From: Dicyema japonicum
Lineage: Eukaryota; Animalia; Dicyemida
Assembly: GCA_011109175.1 (NCBI GenBank)
Contig: RDEW01000011.1
Location: 807,061 to 871,060, forward strand
Direction: 5' to 3'
Length of the DNA: 64,000 bases
A program made the translations under genes and the position numbers. Position 1 is the stretch's first letter. Every line of letters begins with the position of its first letter. The notes beneath the pieces were generated by a model. That model did not search any database and was not told the origin of the DNA. It worked only from the letters and a program-made list of their open reading frames with translations. This document shows positions 15,401 through 28,189 of this stretch, piece after piece.

Positions 15401-18400
15401 AGGTAAAGATATAATAAAACCCAGTTTCCCCAACAAGTAAGATGGGTTCCTTGCATTCCAGGGCAGTAACAGTCAGCACAAGCATCCTCTTCATACTGTT
15501 CGTCCACACAACCCGTTTCCACTCGCATATTTGTTCGATAATGTCCACATATTTGCGTAAATGAGATGTTGTAGGTGATGACATTCCAAATAGAGTCTCG
15601 GGGTTCACAGTTCTCTTAAAATTCCTAGATATGGTCTCCACAACAATTTCCTCCTCATCTGAGGATCTAACTCTGCCAGCCAGAAGAAGATATCCATGAT
15701 CAGCCAAATGTTGTTGCCAGTCGTAAAAGTCAGTTGGACTCACAAATGACCGATATCTCTCAGCCCACTTGAAGAGATCTCTTAAAGTAATGAAACTATT
15801 TTTTCCTCCAAAAACATTTGAAGCGCGACGATGACGCTAACAATAATGTTTATAAGAACCTGCAAATCGTTCATTATGGAAATCAAAACACGTGCAAATG
15901 ACTGGGGGAGACTACATCGAAGGTTTAGTATCTTCTCCAACTCACTGCTGTGTATTCCGTCCAGGTGCAACTCAATAAAACGGTTTCTAAAGGCTCTGGA
16001 TAGTATCTTCCTCCCTCCGTAAATTCCTGGGGGATTCTGTGTGGCAAAAAGCATGAATTTTCTATGGGCTTTAATGGTTTCCTGCGTTTCTGGAATAAAT
16101 ATCTCTCGGTTTCCGTCCAATAACTAAGATCAGACAACACAATACTCTATTCAAAGCCTCCAGAACGTCAGAGGGAGCCAGGTTTAGTTCATCCAGAATA
16201 ACCCAATAACCATTCCTTAATGCCTCAACAAGGAGTCCTAAAGTAACCAAATGGGCAACCGTCCTTATAAACGATGGACCCGTTTGGGGATGTGGTGTAG
16301 AATCCAATGTACTCTTGCAAATCAGTGTGCTCGTGGTTGTTTATCCTGATACAACGATTCCCTGTTCTGGCAGCCAAATACAGTATTAGACTTGTTTTAC
16401 CAACACACGTGTCCCCTTGTAAGAGAATTGGATATCTAAGAATTAGCTCATCACCAACCCAGCACAAACAGCACGTGATATATTTTCCAAATTCATCCAC
16501 ACAGATTCAGTAATTATATAGTCTTCGGGGAAGTAGGGACCTCATCACCTGATTGGATTAGGAAACCGCAGACATCCACAAATCCCTCCTTTTGAGGCAA
16601 TTTCCGTTTATTTTTTGAACCACTTTTCAGATTAGAAGTATCAAATCCATTATAGACCACAGAAATTATGGACTTTTCTATCTCCAGGTAGAACTTTGGA
16701 CTGATCTACGAGAGTGTGTAAAGAAACTACCTGAGTGTAGTAACATAATTTGAGGGACTCGTACAGGGACCTCGAGAGATTGCCATATTGGCACTTAGAT
16801 GCAGTCTCCAAGGCCCGACAGAAGGTCCTCAGTGTATAATTTGGTGGCTTATTAGATTGATCGGTAAAAGATTCTCGACCTTTATGAAGGATGTGGAAGT
16901 AGAAATTCGCTAGGTTATTCACCATTTTCGGACTAGGAAACTGAGAATGGAGGTAGGAATCAATTATGACTATGATATCCTCAGTAGTATTGGGTTCTTG
17001 GACAAAGATTTCTGTAAAACTGCAAATAAGCGAAGACTGACTAACCGACTACGCAGACATATGTCAAGTTGTCGTTTGCCAATGTCAGTTGGGGGATTCA
17101 TACAACCAAACAGACGGAACTTTGGGTGTCTTGGAATAGGAGCCCGGTCTCCTCGTTCAGTTATTGTTATGGAACTACATATATTCTATTGAATCAAAAA
17201 CCCATTTTTGCCGCTTAAAATGGAACAGAGGCAATCCAAAGTATCGATGGTGGCCAAATTAATTTCGTCCAACAGAATCCAATCTCCATCGGATATAGCT
17301 CTTACTAGAGGACCTTCAATATAGTCATGTATGAGGGGACCAACACCATTCTTAATCTTAAATAAGTCAAAAATTTTCACCTGTTTTTTAAGTCTGCTAG
17401 CTTCCTTTGTTATTTTTCTCCATTCTGATTCTAGCAAAGAGTTTCTGTACTGGGGGATTCGGTTGTATATCCTCGCAGTGTGTTCGATCAGGGTAAAGAG
17501 TGCCTTAAAGTTCTTTGAGGAGACACAATTGTGGAGATTTGATATGAAAGTCTGATTTTGCTTAACAGGAAAAAGTCCGACTAAAAACGTCCTCATAAAA
17601 CTTCAGAAAAGGTTTTATCACTGACGGTGGAAATAAAGGTCGAAAACTAAAATAGAAAAATTATGAAATTACCCGCCAATTAAATTAGAGGAGTCACTTT
17701 GTTGACTCATATTAATAACGACTAATCTATGGTTGGATATGCTCGCCAGGTGGCTAATCAAAGTGGTTTTTCCAACTCCAGTTTCTCCGACAAGAAGAAC
17801 TGGCTCATTTTGCCTGATTGCAGACACAACATACTCCGAAGTAAGAAGAGACTGCCTCGTCCTTGCAAAACTAATGAAAATTAGCAACCCCCAGTACCTA
17901 GATTTAACTGGACTGACAAACTGGCCGGCTAGAGTGGCCCTGCCAAACCTAATCCCAGTCTCATCGCACAAATACTGTGGAATATGAGAATGCATATAAT
18001 AGTGTATCTAATACAATGGGTATATCAACTACCTTCTCGTGGTTTATATTAAAATGAGCTCCAATGTGTGCTATAATCACCTCCTTCTGTTCGGAATTAG
18101 GCATATAAGCAGCGAAGCAATCAACAGCTTCAAGGAAAATAAGCTCTGAGATATCCTCGGCTGGTTCCTTCATAATATGGACAATCCGGTCACACCATTT
18201 GAAAAAGTCACTTAAGTGAATCAATAAAATAACTGTGGTGATGTTGGCCGACTGAACAGTGAAGTACGTTCGAATGCACCGAGGCTCATATAAAGATCCG
18301 TGAAATGTTGAGAATGGTGAATGTTGAATGGATAATTATGGCATAAAATCTAGTAATATTAATTTCAATGATAAAATTATAAATTAAAATATAAATAATA

Positions 18401-19828
18401 ACCGAAACAAGTTCTTGGAGGGAAAATTTATCAATCGAAAAAACGTTCCAGTATTTGTCATAGAGGGAACAAAATCTGCCATCTTTGGAAGAAGTCCTAA
18501 CAATATCGCACAAGGTAAAACCTTTTGGTGGCAAAACAACGGAAAGAAGCATTGACTTGCTTTCTGTGACCAAATTTGTGAATATAAAGGGATTTGAATT
18601 CCAAAAGGGACCCAATTCCGTGCAAGACATCTGTCGGAATCAAATCAATGTCCTCTAAAACAACCCAATCGCCATCCAAAACAGCATCCAAAAGCGGCCC
18701 TGACTGCCAAATGAATTCCCCCGGAACTTCAGAACATTTATAATTTGATATAAGATTCTACAAATATTACACGAAAACAACCTTAATGTCAACCTCACTC
18801 CCCAAATTCAGCTTCACCAATTTCGAGCCATCTCCTAGCAAAGAGTGAAGATTCTCAATGAGGGACGACTTCCCACACCCGAGAGGTCCTTCAATGAGAA
18901 CTGGACGGTTCATTCGAATTGTCGACAAAATGTCATTTAAAACACTTTTAACATTAGGCGGGAAAATGTATTTATTCTAAATTAATAAATATTTTACCAT
19001 ATTTATATTATTTTCCGATAAAAATAACAACCCGTTAATAAATATAATTTTCTCATTTAAATTTCTAATTACAATTTCATTCGATGTGGGACCTCAAGAT
19101 GGTAATAAAAAGGACACAGAAATTGTCGTTTTTCGTTACTAAAAATAAACGGAATAACTACTTTCTTAGTTTTATTTCAAATATATCCTCTCGAGTAACA
19201 TATCTCGTGATATAGCTATCAAAGGTCAAGTCTGACATCTCCAAGAATATCGAAACGATCTTCCCAGCAACCCTTTTGTAAGACATCATCAAAACCATCT
19301 TTCTTCGTGATCTGAGTCCCCTTCGACGATTTTCATAAAATCTTCCACAGTTGCCACGTGTATAAATAAATCTCGTTCCCTTGAAAGTAACTGATAAAGA
19401 GCGTAGAGGTATCTGACGTTCATGTTATTCTACAATAGCACGTGATAAGTACGGTTTTGCGTCTTTTTGAGTAAGACTCTGGTTTGTTGGTGAATTTGTC
19501 TCCAAAGATCCTCATTAGGTACCACTTTGTATAAGGTACGATACGCGTGCACGCCTCGAATAGGATAATCAGTTCTTCGTGATATCTGTGCTGAGATTTG
19601 CTTAGAATATCTGCCAATCTAGTTAATAAGTCAAGAATAATTGGTTCGAAAGCTGTAATGATGTGATCCATGCAGTCTGTGAGCAGTTTTGAGGAGAGGT
19701 TAGATATAAATTCAGACTAATGAGATATTAATAATTTTTACATCCTCTGTAGTCTGGAATAACTCAGTGCATGTTGGACAAATTTCGCTTCCTGTTTGTC
19801 TTTTGATATTTGTATAAATGTAATCCAT
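3482..19828 (-). CDS. MDN1: Midasin (MDN1/Rea1), AAA+ ribosome maturation factor, multi-exon with micro-introns
   Basis: The N-terminus (FEPIILDLLTRLAD...HEEL) aligns with human MDN1. AAA rings with Walker A motifs GPLGCGKS, GETGVGKT, GDTCVGKT, GETGCGKT, GMPGVGKT and NSGKTS. D/E-rich region at about 4700-6050. C-terminal VWA/MIDAS domain with CLAIDDSSSM and end LSDSLRQWFELVTPV*. GT-AG introns of 21-25 nt were traced (e.g. 4020-4042, 15399-15420, 18758-18781, 18977-18997, 19430-19452). At least one homopolymer frameshift (15207-15210). Confidence 0.97.
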
Positions 19829-19861
19829 TTTGGGTTTATTTACAACCAGAACTAAACTCGA

Positions 19862-19995
19862 TTAGCACGTGATATATTTAATTAAATTTTTGTTTAGTTT
19901 ACTTTATATATATTTTAAAATAAATTTTAATAATAAATTTTTTACGTGATAATTTTAATTAAATTTTTTTTCGTTTACTTTATATTTTTTAATGA
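19862..19995. promoter_or_regulatory. Midasin upstream region: imperfect tandem duplication, each unit starting ACGTGATA; E-box CACGTG at 19866
   Basis: Two similar AT-rich units (acgtgata...ttaattaaattttt...gtttactttata) begin near 19867 and 19944, about 40-170 bp upstream of the ATG. Confidence 0.5.
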
Positions 19996-21769
19996 ATTTT
20001 TCCCCTTGTTGTAGTGGTAGTCTGTTTTGTTCTTCTAATCTACTCTTTCTTCTATTTTACTCTATTCTACACTATTTTTTTACTTCCATTTTAATAACGG
20101 GGAGTTGTGTGGTGCTAACCAAGAATCTTTCGAATGACTGTTATTCTGTATGAATCTGAAAAACCTTTTCGATCTATTCAGCATTGTAATGCTAGAAAGT
20201 TGGGGGTCGTATGTGACACTTGTTGTCGATTCACCATCTTCCTGTGCGAGGATGAGCAAAAAAGTTGCAAGACTGATGAGAGGTGAACGTGTGTCTGTTG
20301 CCGGTTGGAGTCATCTCCGATATTTAGTTTGACAAACTCAACCTTGGGGACTGTAATAACCTCATTCATTGACGGACCTTCTTCCTCTGGTCTGAAAAGG
20401 AAATTGATCGAAGGGGGTTAATTTTGCTGTACGGACAGAGTGCCGACTTTATCCCAATTAATTGCTCCCCTGAGACAGTTTCTCTATGAAGGCAAACACC
20501 CACCTATACTATATTTGTGCGCCTGTCTGCCTCGATTTTTTTCGGAGAAACGTTTCTTCCGCCATTTTTGATGAAGCAGTAGTGGGAGAGTGACGGGCTT
20601 AAACCAGGACATCTCATTACCTTTCATCTTAATATGTTGGCCTTCCTACTTTACATCTATCCGGGATAATTCTGGATCTTGTGAACGCGTTGCTTTCTGG
20701 AGTTATTTCCAATTTTGGCCACAAATTGGAAATATGGCAAGTTTTTTGTGGATATTTTTAAGCATCCATATTGGCCTCTCAACACGAGATTTACTTGTCG
20801 TTGGCAAGAGAGACATAATCATTAAATCCGACAGTCATCCTACACGAGAACACTGAATGGATCTGAACATGATTGACATAATAATGAAGGACTACTTGCG
20901 TTAGGGAAAGCTGAACACTCTGAAGGTATTTCTCCACTCTAAAGTGGAAGCCTAAATAAGAAGATTAAGGTCAGTCACTTTAGGTTTAATGTGCCACGGG
21001 AACGTCTTGTAGCTATCTGTCCCGTGCTACAGGTGTTAAAGATTAGACCACGAATACTCCCATTGCACGTCGCAAGAGAAGTGCCTTTTTTGCGGGGGCG
21101 CTCACTCGAGGAAGGTTTGTCAGTTCAATACTGGCAAGTACGTAAATGGAGCGAGTGAGGGACCCAGGCGAGCTACGTGAAGTCCCCTCGACTTAGGGAA
21201 TCATACAAAGCTTCTGCAGCAGTACCACTTTTCATAACTGAGAGATATTGTTCTCTTCTACAGAATAGTCATGACAAAGGTCAGTGTTACATTGGATGTT
21301 TGGGCCATATATGAGGAAAACAAAATTCTCGTGTACCGTTGAGCTAACTTTCATTATTATCTATGGTGGACGGATTTTTGTCAGATTCTTACTGTGTCTA
21401 GCACAATTTTAGTTTTTATTGGAATCTTGCTCTCGAAAAGTAATTTTTGGTTATGAAGTGAAAAATTCCAAAGACCACGGTAACACCAAATTAACTACTC
21501 AAGTGATTCCGGCATGCTCCAACAGAGACCTCAACTTAGCCTGATGTTCATCCCTCGAGCCCACACAAACACGTCTTGGCCGTACAGTGGGATGTTCGTA
21601 ATGCAGAGGCCCGCTCCTCAATTCACGCGGATTAGGAAATCCAGAGATCTTGGAGAAGGGAACTTTCCAGAAGTCGAATTATTCTTGATGGCGTTTTGAT
21701 AAGATACGAATCTGACAACAAATAAAAATTGCACAATTCATATCAAAATTTCCACCACTCGCAGAAGAA

Positions 21770-21940
21770 ACGTCCGCTTCCATTGCGCCCTCGACACTCA
21801 AATTCCTGGGTCGACTAGGGAATCGGATTTCGACATGCAGTAGAGATCTCCGTGAGCGCTACTAGCTATTAGACCGAATATCACTCACAATTCTGAGAGG
21901 GAGTAACCACTCAGTCAATGCGACCGACGTATGGTCCTCG
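21770..21940 (+). mobile_element. RLE-type non-LTR C-terminal fragment
   Basis: PSTLKFLGRLGNRISTCSRDLRERY*LLDRISLTILRGSN; homologous at DNA and protein level to 3285-3380. Confidence 0.55.
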
Positions 21941-22478
21941 AATTGATTCTTTAACGATTAAAGTGTTTACTATCAACTTTCGACATTCCTACCCCAGCCA
22001 TATTATCACAGAGGTTATTCTTACCCTTATTTATGAACCACATATAGAACATTTCTAAAAATCAATACTGGGGGAAGATACACAAACAAGGAGGCATACA
22101 AGTCTACCAATTTATTGTATGCTTAACAGATGTAGACCCACCCCTCCCTTTTTCGTGTCCATGGACGAAATAAAAGAAAGGGAGACTTGGATACACTAAG
22201 TTTTGAATCAAATAATGTCGGATACACCAACTTCCCGTGTTCACTCCCGCTGCAAAAACAGGACATTGATATTTCTCTAAACTTTAACTTTAACAAAATT
22301 TATTGACGGGTATTAATTTGAGGCTTCCACCACAAGTCCTGCCATTGCTTGGACTCCCCTCTGCTCTCAGACCCCTCTTATGGTTTATTCTTGCTGCGAG
22401 TCAATGATGCCATCTCTTAGGAAGTTTGCCACACTTCTCTGCCGATATTTCATCAGAATTGAATAATTGATTACATAA

Positions 22479-22507
22479 GTTGCGCATATAAATAAGAAAA
22501 TGCGCAA
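22479..22507 (+). promoter_or_regulatory. TATAAATA box flanked by the inverted repeat TTGCGCAT...ATGCGCAA
   Basis: TATAAATA at 22487-22494, 29 nt before the ATG at 22516, lies inside an 8-bp inverted repeat. Confidence 0.4.
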
Positions 22508-22515
22508 ATCACAAA

Positions 22516-22782
22516 ATGTATCCAGAAAACAGACGCATTACTGATGATGATATCTTTGAACTAGAAAATGATCCCTCAGTCGCTGTTATCCTCGAAAATT
22601 TGGATAGTTTACTGCCACCACGTGAGGACAGCCGTGCAAGAAGTGTTGACATGATTCTGGAAGATAGTTTGAATTATATCGGATATCTACAAAGTGAAAC
22701 TTTCGATATACGTGACCTCGAGGGTATGCATGAAAGAGACATGGGAAATTTTTTTGACCCAACAAATAACGGGAATCAGTAG
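22516..22782 (+). CDS. Id/extramacrochaetae-like HLH protein lacking a basic region (88 aa)
   Basis: LENLDSLLP-(12 aa)-ILEDSLNYIGYLQ has the same spacing as the Id consensus LKELVP-(12 aa)-ILQHVIDYILDLQ. The segment upstream of helix 1 is acidic. Clean ATG to TAG, TATA box upstream, AT-rich 3' flank. Confidence 0.6.
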   Translation: MYPENRRITDDDIFELENDPSVAVILENLDSLLPPREDSRARSVDMILEDSLNYIGYLQSETFDIRDLEGMHERDMGNFFDPTNNGNQ

Positions 22783-23242
22783 AATTTGATTTTTCATTTT
22801 TTCAAATTTATTCTTTAATTTTGTTTCTTCTTACAATAGCCATTGAGAGACGGTCTCGAAGCCACCCATTCTCACTCACTTCTTTGGTGGCCCTTTGGTT
22901 GAGTCGATCTGACGGACTTTAATCTCTCCAAATTGTGGATTACTGGTGATACGTGTAAGTCATCTTCATGTAATTCTTACATTCTGTCAATTTATTTTTT
23001 AATAGTAGCAAGTGCTTTCTCACACAGCTTGCTGCCCCCTGCAGTGGGGTTCTCCCTCGTCGATCATCAATTTATCTTCTTTGGTCAGCAGAAATCAGTC
23101 TTCTTCCTTATCAAAAAAATTTTAGATTTCAACAAATTCTATAAAATCGGTCCATCCAATCAATCCTTCTTGGCTTGACGAGTGACATCAGTGAACATTT
23201 CGCTGTCGAACCGGATCGTCTATAAAGGACTCATACCAACAA

Positions 23243-23300
23243 AAAGAAGTTCTCCTGCGATTAGTTATAATAACTGTTCCTCACTTAAATAGTGTGATCT
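23243..23300 (+). repeat. Dispersed LTR-like/polyA-signal segment (related copies at about 42060-42125 and 63535-63600)
   Basis: Shared core GTTCTC..CGATTAGTYATAATAACT...CACTTAAATA(A)AGTGTG in three places. Confidence 0.4.
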
Positions 23301-24099
23301 TTTATCATTCGTGAGACAGTCTCTAGTGGGGCCATCGACATATTAAAGGGGGAATTGATGGAGTACCTGTAGCTCATATGGAGTACACATTAAACCATAA
23401 CAATAATATTCTTCCTGGTTTTCCTGTATTCTTGGTTTTCCGTTGCATTTTGGCTCAGGAAGTTTTTACACGTCTGGGATCCCAAAAAACGCTAATACAC
23501 AACGAGACTGGGATGAACTGTTGTGTTCCAAAACTATTGATGACATGAAGCCAGAACGTAAGCGAATCGCCTTGCGTGCATTGTTCTGCATAAATGAACG
23601 AAATCGATCTTTGGCTTAGATCTTTTCCCTAGGGACGCTATTAAATGACAACTCCACGTGAATAGGGCTCTCTCCACCGTGGAGTGAATGTTTGTGTGGC
23701 TCACCACTGTAGATGCTGAAGGATGGTGGACACTAAGGTCTTGCCGGAAGAGCGATGGGAGGAGTCCAAGGCACAGAACCTATCAAAGGAGTTATGGGGA
23801 ATGGTTCAATTAGAGCTCTGGACTGGCCTCAGCCAACAAAAGATCTGACGGGACAACTCTTTTCCCATGGGAAAATGGTAGATACCTCGCCTTTGATGCC
23901 ACCTGTATGGATGGCCTCTTCCCTTCTAACCTTGTACTGACAGCAACTCACCCAGGATCAGCCTCGGGAAGGGGTGAGACACTTAAGAAAAACGAAAGTC
24001 TCTGGACAGTTTTCAACTAATCGCCATGAAACATTAGGAGTCATTGGAAGCAGATCTTAGCAAAATTTATCTCGGGGCTTCAAAAAACCCAAGCAGCAT

Positions 24100-24240
24100 C
24101 CCGGACAAAATTAGTCTCGTTAGACCTCCAAAAGGCGTTTGATTCAGTGTTGAGAATCCTACTAACGAAACAGATCATCAACACCTTAATTGATCCGACT
24201 TTAAAACGATGGATAGCCAATTTTCTTACCGATTTAGTAT
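24100..24240 (+). mobile_element. I/Jockey-like LINE RT fragment
   Basis: LDLQKAFDSVLRILL...LKRWIANFLT. Confidence 0.6.
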
Positions 24241-24636
24241 CTTCCATAAAGTCCCCCTTCCTTCAAATCAACACACCAAGATAGTATATGTTAACGACAT
24301 CTTTGTGTTCCTCATTAAATCTTCAAAGACTATAGAAACCCGGAACCTCAGCTTTTTTTAGTTGTGATGATCAAACTCCAGGAGATACACAATTTGCTGG
24401 TTTCTTGGATTTATTTATCAACTCTCTTGTACGACAATTTGGACATATCTGAGATCAGGGAGTTGCTCAATAGAGAAGAATTCCTATACTCGGTGTCCTC
24501 GGTATATCAGCCATGAGGATGTTGAATAGTATGGGGCTGAGTGTCGAACTCTGTGGGACCCTTCTCTTCAGCTCCACCGGATCTGATAGAAATTTGCCAT
24601 ATGTAATAAACGAGTTCCATTCTGACAAAAAGTCCT

Positions 24637-24900
24637 TCATCCAGCTTGTTCACTCAACAGGACTTTCGTTTTGTATAGACGACATAATAGTCCTTCGACC
24701 AACATTATCGAATACTTTTGGAAATCAAAAAAATGACAGTTAGGCAACATTTCCTTCGCTTTGGTTATTTCCGAGTCTAGGAGAAAGGTACTGTCTCCAA
24801 CAGATCTGCTAGGCCTGAAACTGAATTGATCGTTAATCAGGAAGCAACTCATTTCAACGACATGTAGTCTTCTGTAGACCAATCGATCCATAATTTTTGC
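24637..24900 (-). mobile_element. LINE RT fragment
   Basis: QFSFRPSRSVGDSTFLLDSEI...FFDFQK, corresponding to the RT QxGFR and DxxKAF motifs. Confidence 0.55.
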
Positions 24901-24989
24901 CAGACTGCAGATCAGACATCTCCCAAATCGAACGGTGCAACCATATAATTGACAAATGCCTCTTATTTATTTAGAACATGCCACTTCCA

Positions 24990-25430
24990 CAGTTTTGTTC
25001 TAAGCATATGGAATCTTTATCAGAGACCCTAACCCTGTACTTAACCGCCAAATTTATATGCCGAAATATATACTAGGGGTGGTAAATCCACGTGATTATT
25101 TATTGAAATGTATATCATTGATGTGGATTTTATAGACGAGGATACAGAAACTCTCTCACATCTACTGAAAAATGCACCATAAAAATTGGGTGAATGGTTC
25201 CTAATCGTAAACCGGGAGAAAGCCGAAATAACCGAAATGAAAAAAATGACAACATCCTTGATGAACGTTGGCGACATGCTAATATCCTTAGATCCTTACT
25301 GGGAGACACAGAAGACATCATCAAAAAAGAAAACACTTGCAGGAGTAGCAATGCAAAAACTCTGAAAAGGGCTGAAGAGACTTGATGTTCAAGGCACTGA
25401 AGGGCATGTTAATGCATTTGTGAAACCAAT
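24990..25430 (+). mobile_element. RTE RT fragment (palm/thumb)
   Basis: Degenerate YxDDVDF, then LIVNREKAE, LRSLLGDTEDI and LAGVAMQKL; homologous to 27480-27989. Confidence 0.6.
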
Positions 25431-25790
25431 ACTCACATATAATGGTACTTGGACCTGTCCATTGCGGAATCGATGGCTCTCGATGCGTGGCCTGCCAGAG
25501 TAGGCCTCTAAGCCTAAACATTACTGACGCCTGGTGAAGAATGTTTATGCACATCCTGCGTATGGATCTCGCTACCCCAGCGAATGTGGCGATGAAGGAT
25601 CACTTCATATTCGAGGGGAAGGATAACACTCTCTATCATATTCACAAAGACCTCCAAAGAGTGAGGAAATTCCTGTGCCGCAACGGTGGCCATTCCCAAG
25701 TTTTTTTTAAACAATCTCCGTTTTCAAGGGATTCTAAGTTCTTCCCACAATCGCATGTTAGTCTTTACCAACTCCCTCAATCACTCTAGA
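25430..25790 (-). mobile_element. Non-LTR RT C-terminal fragment
   Basis: FVNMIESVILPLEYE...LAGHASR resembles the ESVLLYG...RLRLAGH C-terminal region of non-LTR RTs. Confidence 0.45.
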
Positions 25791-26599
25791 GGTTTTTAAA
25801 AGACTAAGCAGAGATTTTATTTACCATCAAACTCCAAACCAAAAGGGCATGACACTAATTTATAGTTCGAAGTAAGGGTCACAGAGTCAGTTAATATGAG
25901 ACAATATTAATAATATTAGTGATGGGTTTGACTCCCCAACGCCTCTGGAATCCTTAAGAACCCAGGGACGTGCCCGTTTAACTATTAGCGTCAAGTTATT
26001 CGCACTGTATGCACATGGACGGGCTCAACGGGAGAGTATCGGGCCAAGATGAGGTCTCCACTGGAGATCACATGAGTAGTTGGTCTTTTAGAATTTTCTT
26101 TTTCATCCTCAAGGCCGACTTATACATTTCCTCAGTCGGGTTGGACGGATTCTATTTCAAAATTTAATAATTCCGGTGAGGCGATGATGACTTCAATGTA
26201 TGTCATAGTCACCAAAGCTACGTCACCAGCTCAACCATCTGACCTAATGATTAATTTATTTTCCCGCTTTTGCTGGATTGAAAGAGAAAAAATTGTCCTG
26301 AGTGGTCCCAGACCCACAAAGAGGTGGCCATACCTGTGAGAACGGCTATTCTGCTAAGCCCATTTATTATGCATTGTGTCAGCCTCTGTGGATCCGCAAA
26401 CTGTTTCCCATCTGAAACACGGACAAAGACAAATCGAGGGAAAAAATTTTTGAAGGAACCAGCCTTTCCAGGATCTTCGACAACGAAAACAATAACGCGA
26501 CCAGCCTTAGTGGTTGCATATTTTATTTATTTAGCATCCCAAGACCACAGTAAACCAAAGCTAATTATCACGTAATTCCGATGCATTCCATTAGAGACC

Positions 26600-26960
26600 A
26601 CATTCCCAATCTTTGTCTGCATTTACCATGAGCAGGTTCTCCATTAGGCGTCGTGGAAGACATAAGTCGTTAATTTTTGTTCTTTCCGTGACCTTCTGGA
26701 TGTTCCGGTCTCGAGAGGCCAAAACAATATCGTCTCCATAACATCATTGTCGGATTCTAAAGTCGAGAGATCGGCCAGAAAGGGGTTTAACAGAGCAGGG
26801 GATAACGGAGACCTTGATGGACTCTGTTGTGGAGAGACGTTAGATGTATTTCATGCAGACGGATTAGGAGAGATTCTCGTTAACTCGAATGCATGAAGTC
26901 TATCGAAGACGTCCAGTTTAATTGTCTTCTGGAACCCTTCGGTCTTGAAAGAAGTAATAG
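26600..26960 (-). mobile_element. I/Jockey-like LINE RT fragment
   Basis: VHQGSPLSPALLNPFLADL...GDDIVLAS, corresponding to the PQG and YADD motifs. Confidence 0.65.
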
Positions 26961-27179
26961 CTAGAGTCCGGATGTCGTAACGACCATGCCATGGAGGCAA
27001 GAGATATGTCTTGCTTGGGATTCAGCGAGAAACTCCCTCTAATGCGATTTTTCTCGGTAACTCCCATTGCGTGCTCAATGCCTGCAGGACATAATGATGA
27101 CCTTGTCATAACTAACTTTGTCGTTAATAAAAATTTTTTTATATAACTTATTTTAATATATTTGAAAATAAAAATTATT

Positions 27180-28090
27180 TTATTGCCCATAGACTCCAAA
27201 GTGGGTTCAAGACTGGGAGATGATGTAGCTGATGTAGTTTGGTGTTATGGGTGACATTTTGTTATTATGCAAAGATTCCAAAGTTCAAGGGCTATTCTTG
27301 GAATTGATCTCACCAGAGTGAGGAAAACTATTGAAGTGCTGGAATGTTAACCCCGATTCGACACTGTCCGTCGAGGAAAACTATTGAAGTGCTGGAATGT
27401 TAACCCCGATCAGAACTCGGTCACTTCAATACGGATAATCCTATCAAACACAGTATTACGAGTGCGTATTGGAAAATGAATGTCGAGAGAAATCGTGATA
27501 ACAGTGGGCACACTTCAAGGAGACTCCCTTTCTCCAGGATTGTTCGCTTCATACGTTGAATCTGCTCTACTAGATCTCCGGAGTATTACAGTGACGATAT
27601 TATGGAAATCGTTTACGCCGATGATGTTGATGGAACCACGCAGTACCGAAAACTGTAGGAAGACCATAAAACTTGGCTCGCTTCTTGGGGACTCCGAAGA
27701 CATTGCCAGAAGGAAATTGTTATCTACAATGACCATGCATATGCTTTCGAAAGGATGGATCAAAAGGCGTCCAGTCTGCCCATCACTCCGACTCAGATTG
27801 TATGAGACTTTCGTGAAATCGATCCATACGTATAACTCTGAAATATGTGGAATCTTAAAAACCGACGGACAAAGGCTCGACTCATTTCATAGGAATCAAC
27901 ATCGGTGTCTCTTGGGATCAAAGTGGCCAATGCGTGTAAGGAGTGAAGCATTGTACAAAAGAATCTCCTCTGTACCTCTGATACCCTGATCATGAAGGCG
28001 CGCTGGAAAACTATTTGGGCACATTCTAAGAATGGATCGAGATACCCCTGTAAGCATCATCATGGAAGAATTTTTTGAAACGTCTTAAAT
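27180..28090 (+). mobile_element. RTE RT domain, degenerate
   Basis: ADVVW...ILGIDL, FDTVRRGKL, GTLQGDSLSPGLF, YADDV, KLGSLLGDSEDIARRK, LRLYETFVKSI and RWKLFGHILRM. Confidence 0.85.
27320..27410 (+). repeat. Exact 38-bp direct repeat (27320-27357 and 27373-27410) inside the RTE copy
   Basis: GAGGAAAACTATTGAAGTGCTGGAATGTTAACCCCGAT occurs twice with a 15-nt spacer. Confidence 0.9.
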
Positions 28091-28189
28091 TAAACTTATT
28101 CCAAAGACCAAGAGTAACCAAACTAATGGAATTATGCTAACATGATTCTATGCTGTTGCTTATAATAATGAGACTCCACCATTTATTAT

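Noticed and set aside
18998-19000. ATG just before AAA1 as the midasin start
   Set aside because: Upstream exons to 19828 align with the human MDN1 N-terminus, so this Met is internal.
3482-19828. Alternative genetic code or stop readthrough to explain the fragmented midasin ORFs
   Set aside because: The stops examined fall inside GT-AG micro-introns or follow homopolymer indels; the standard code restores homology.
20270-20300. Hammerhead core CTGATGAG (and TTGACGAG in the SINE body)
   Set aside because: No stem II followed by GAAA and no closing stems.
20510-20570. AAAATGGCGG (YY1-like) start context on the minus strand
   Set aside because: The ORF closes after 18 codons and no micro-intron rescues it.
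20100-21250. Possible LTR-retrotransposon gag region with an LTR starting TGTTGTAG near 20006
   Set aside because: No intact zinc knuckle, PBS or correctly oriented polypurine tract; left unassigned.
21435-21460. Sm-site-like AATTTTTGG suggesting an snRNA or spliced-leader RNA
   Set aside because: No flanking stem-loops or recognisable snRNA sequence; the motif is expected by chance in AT-rich DNA.
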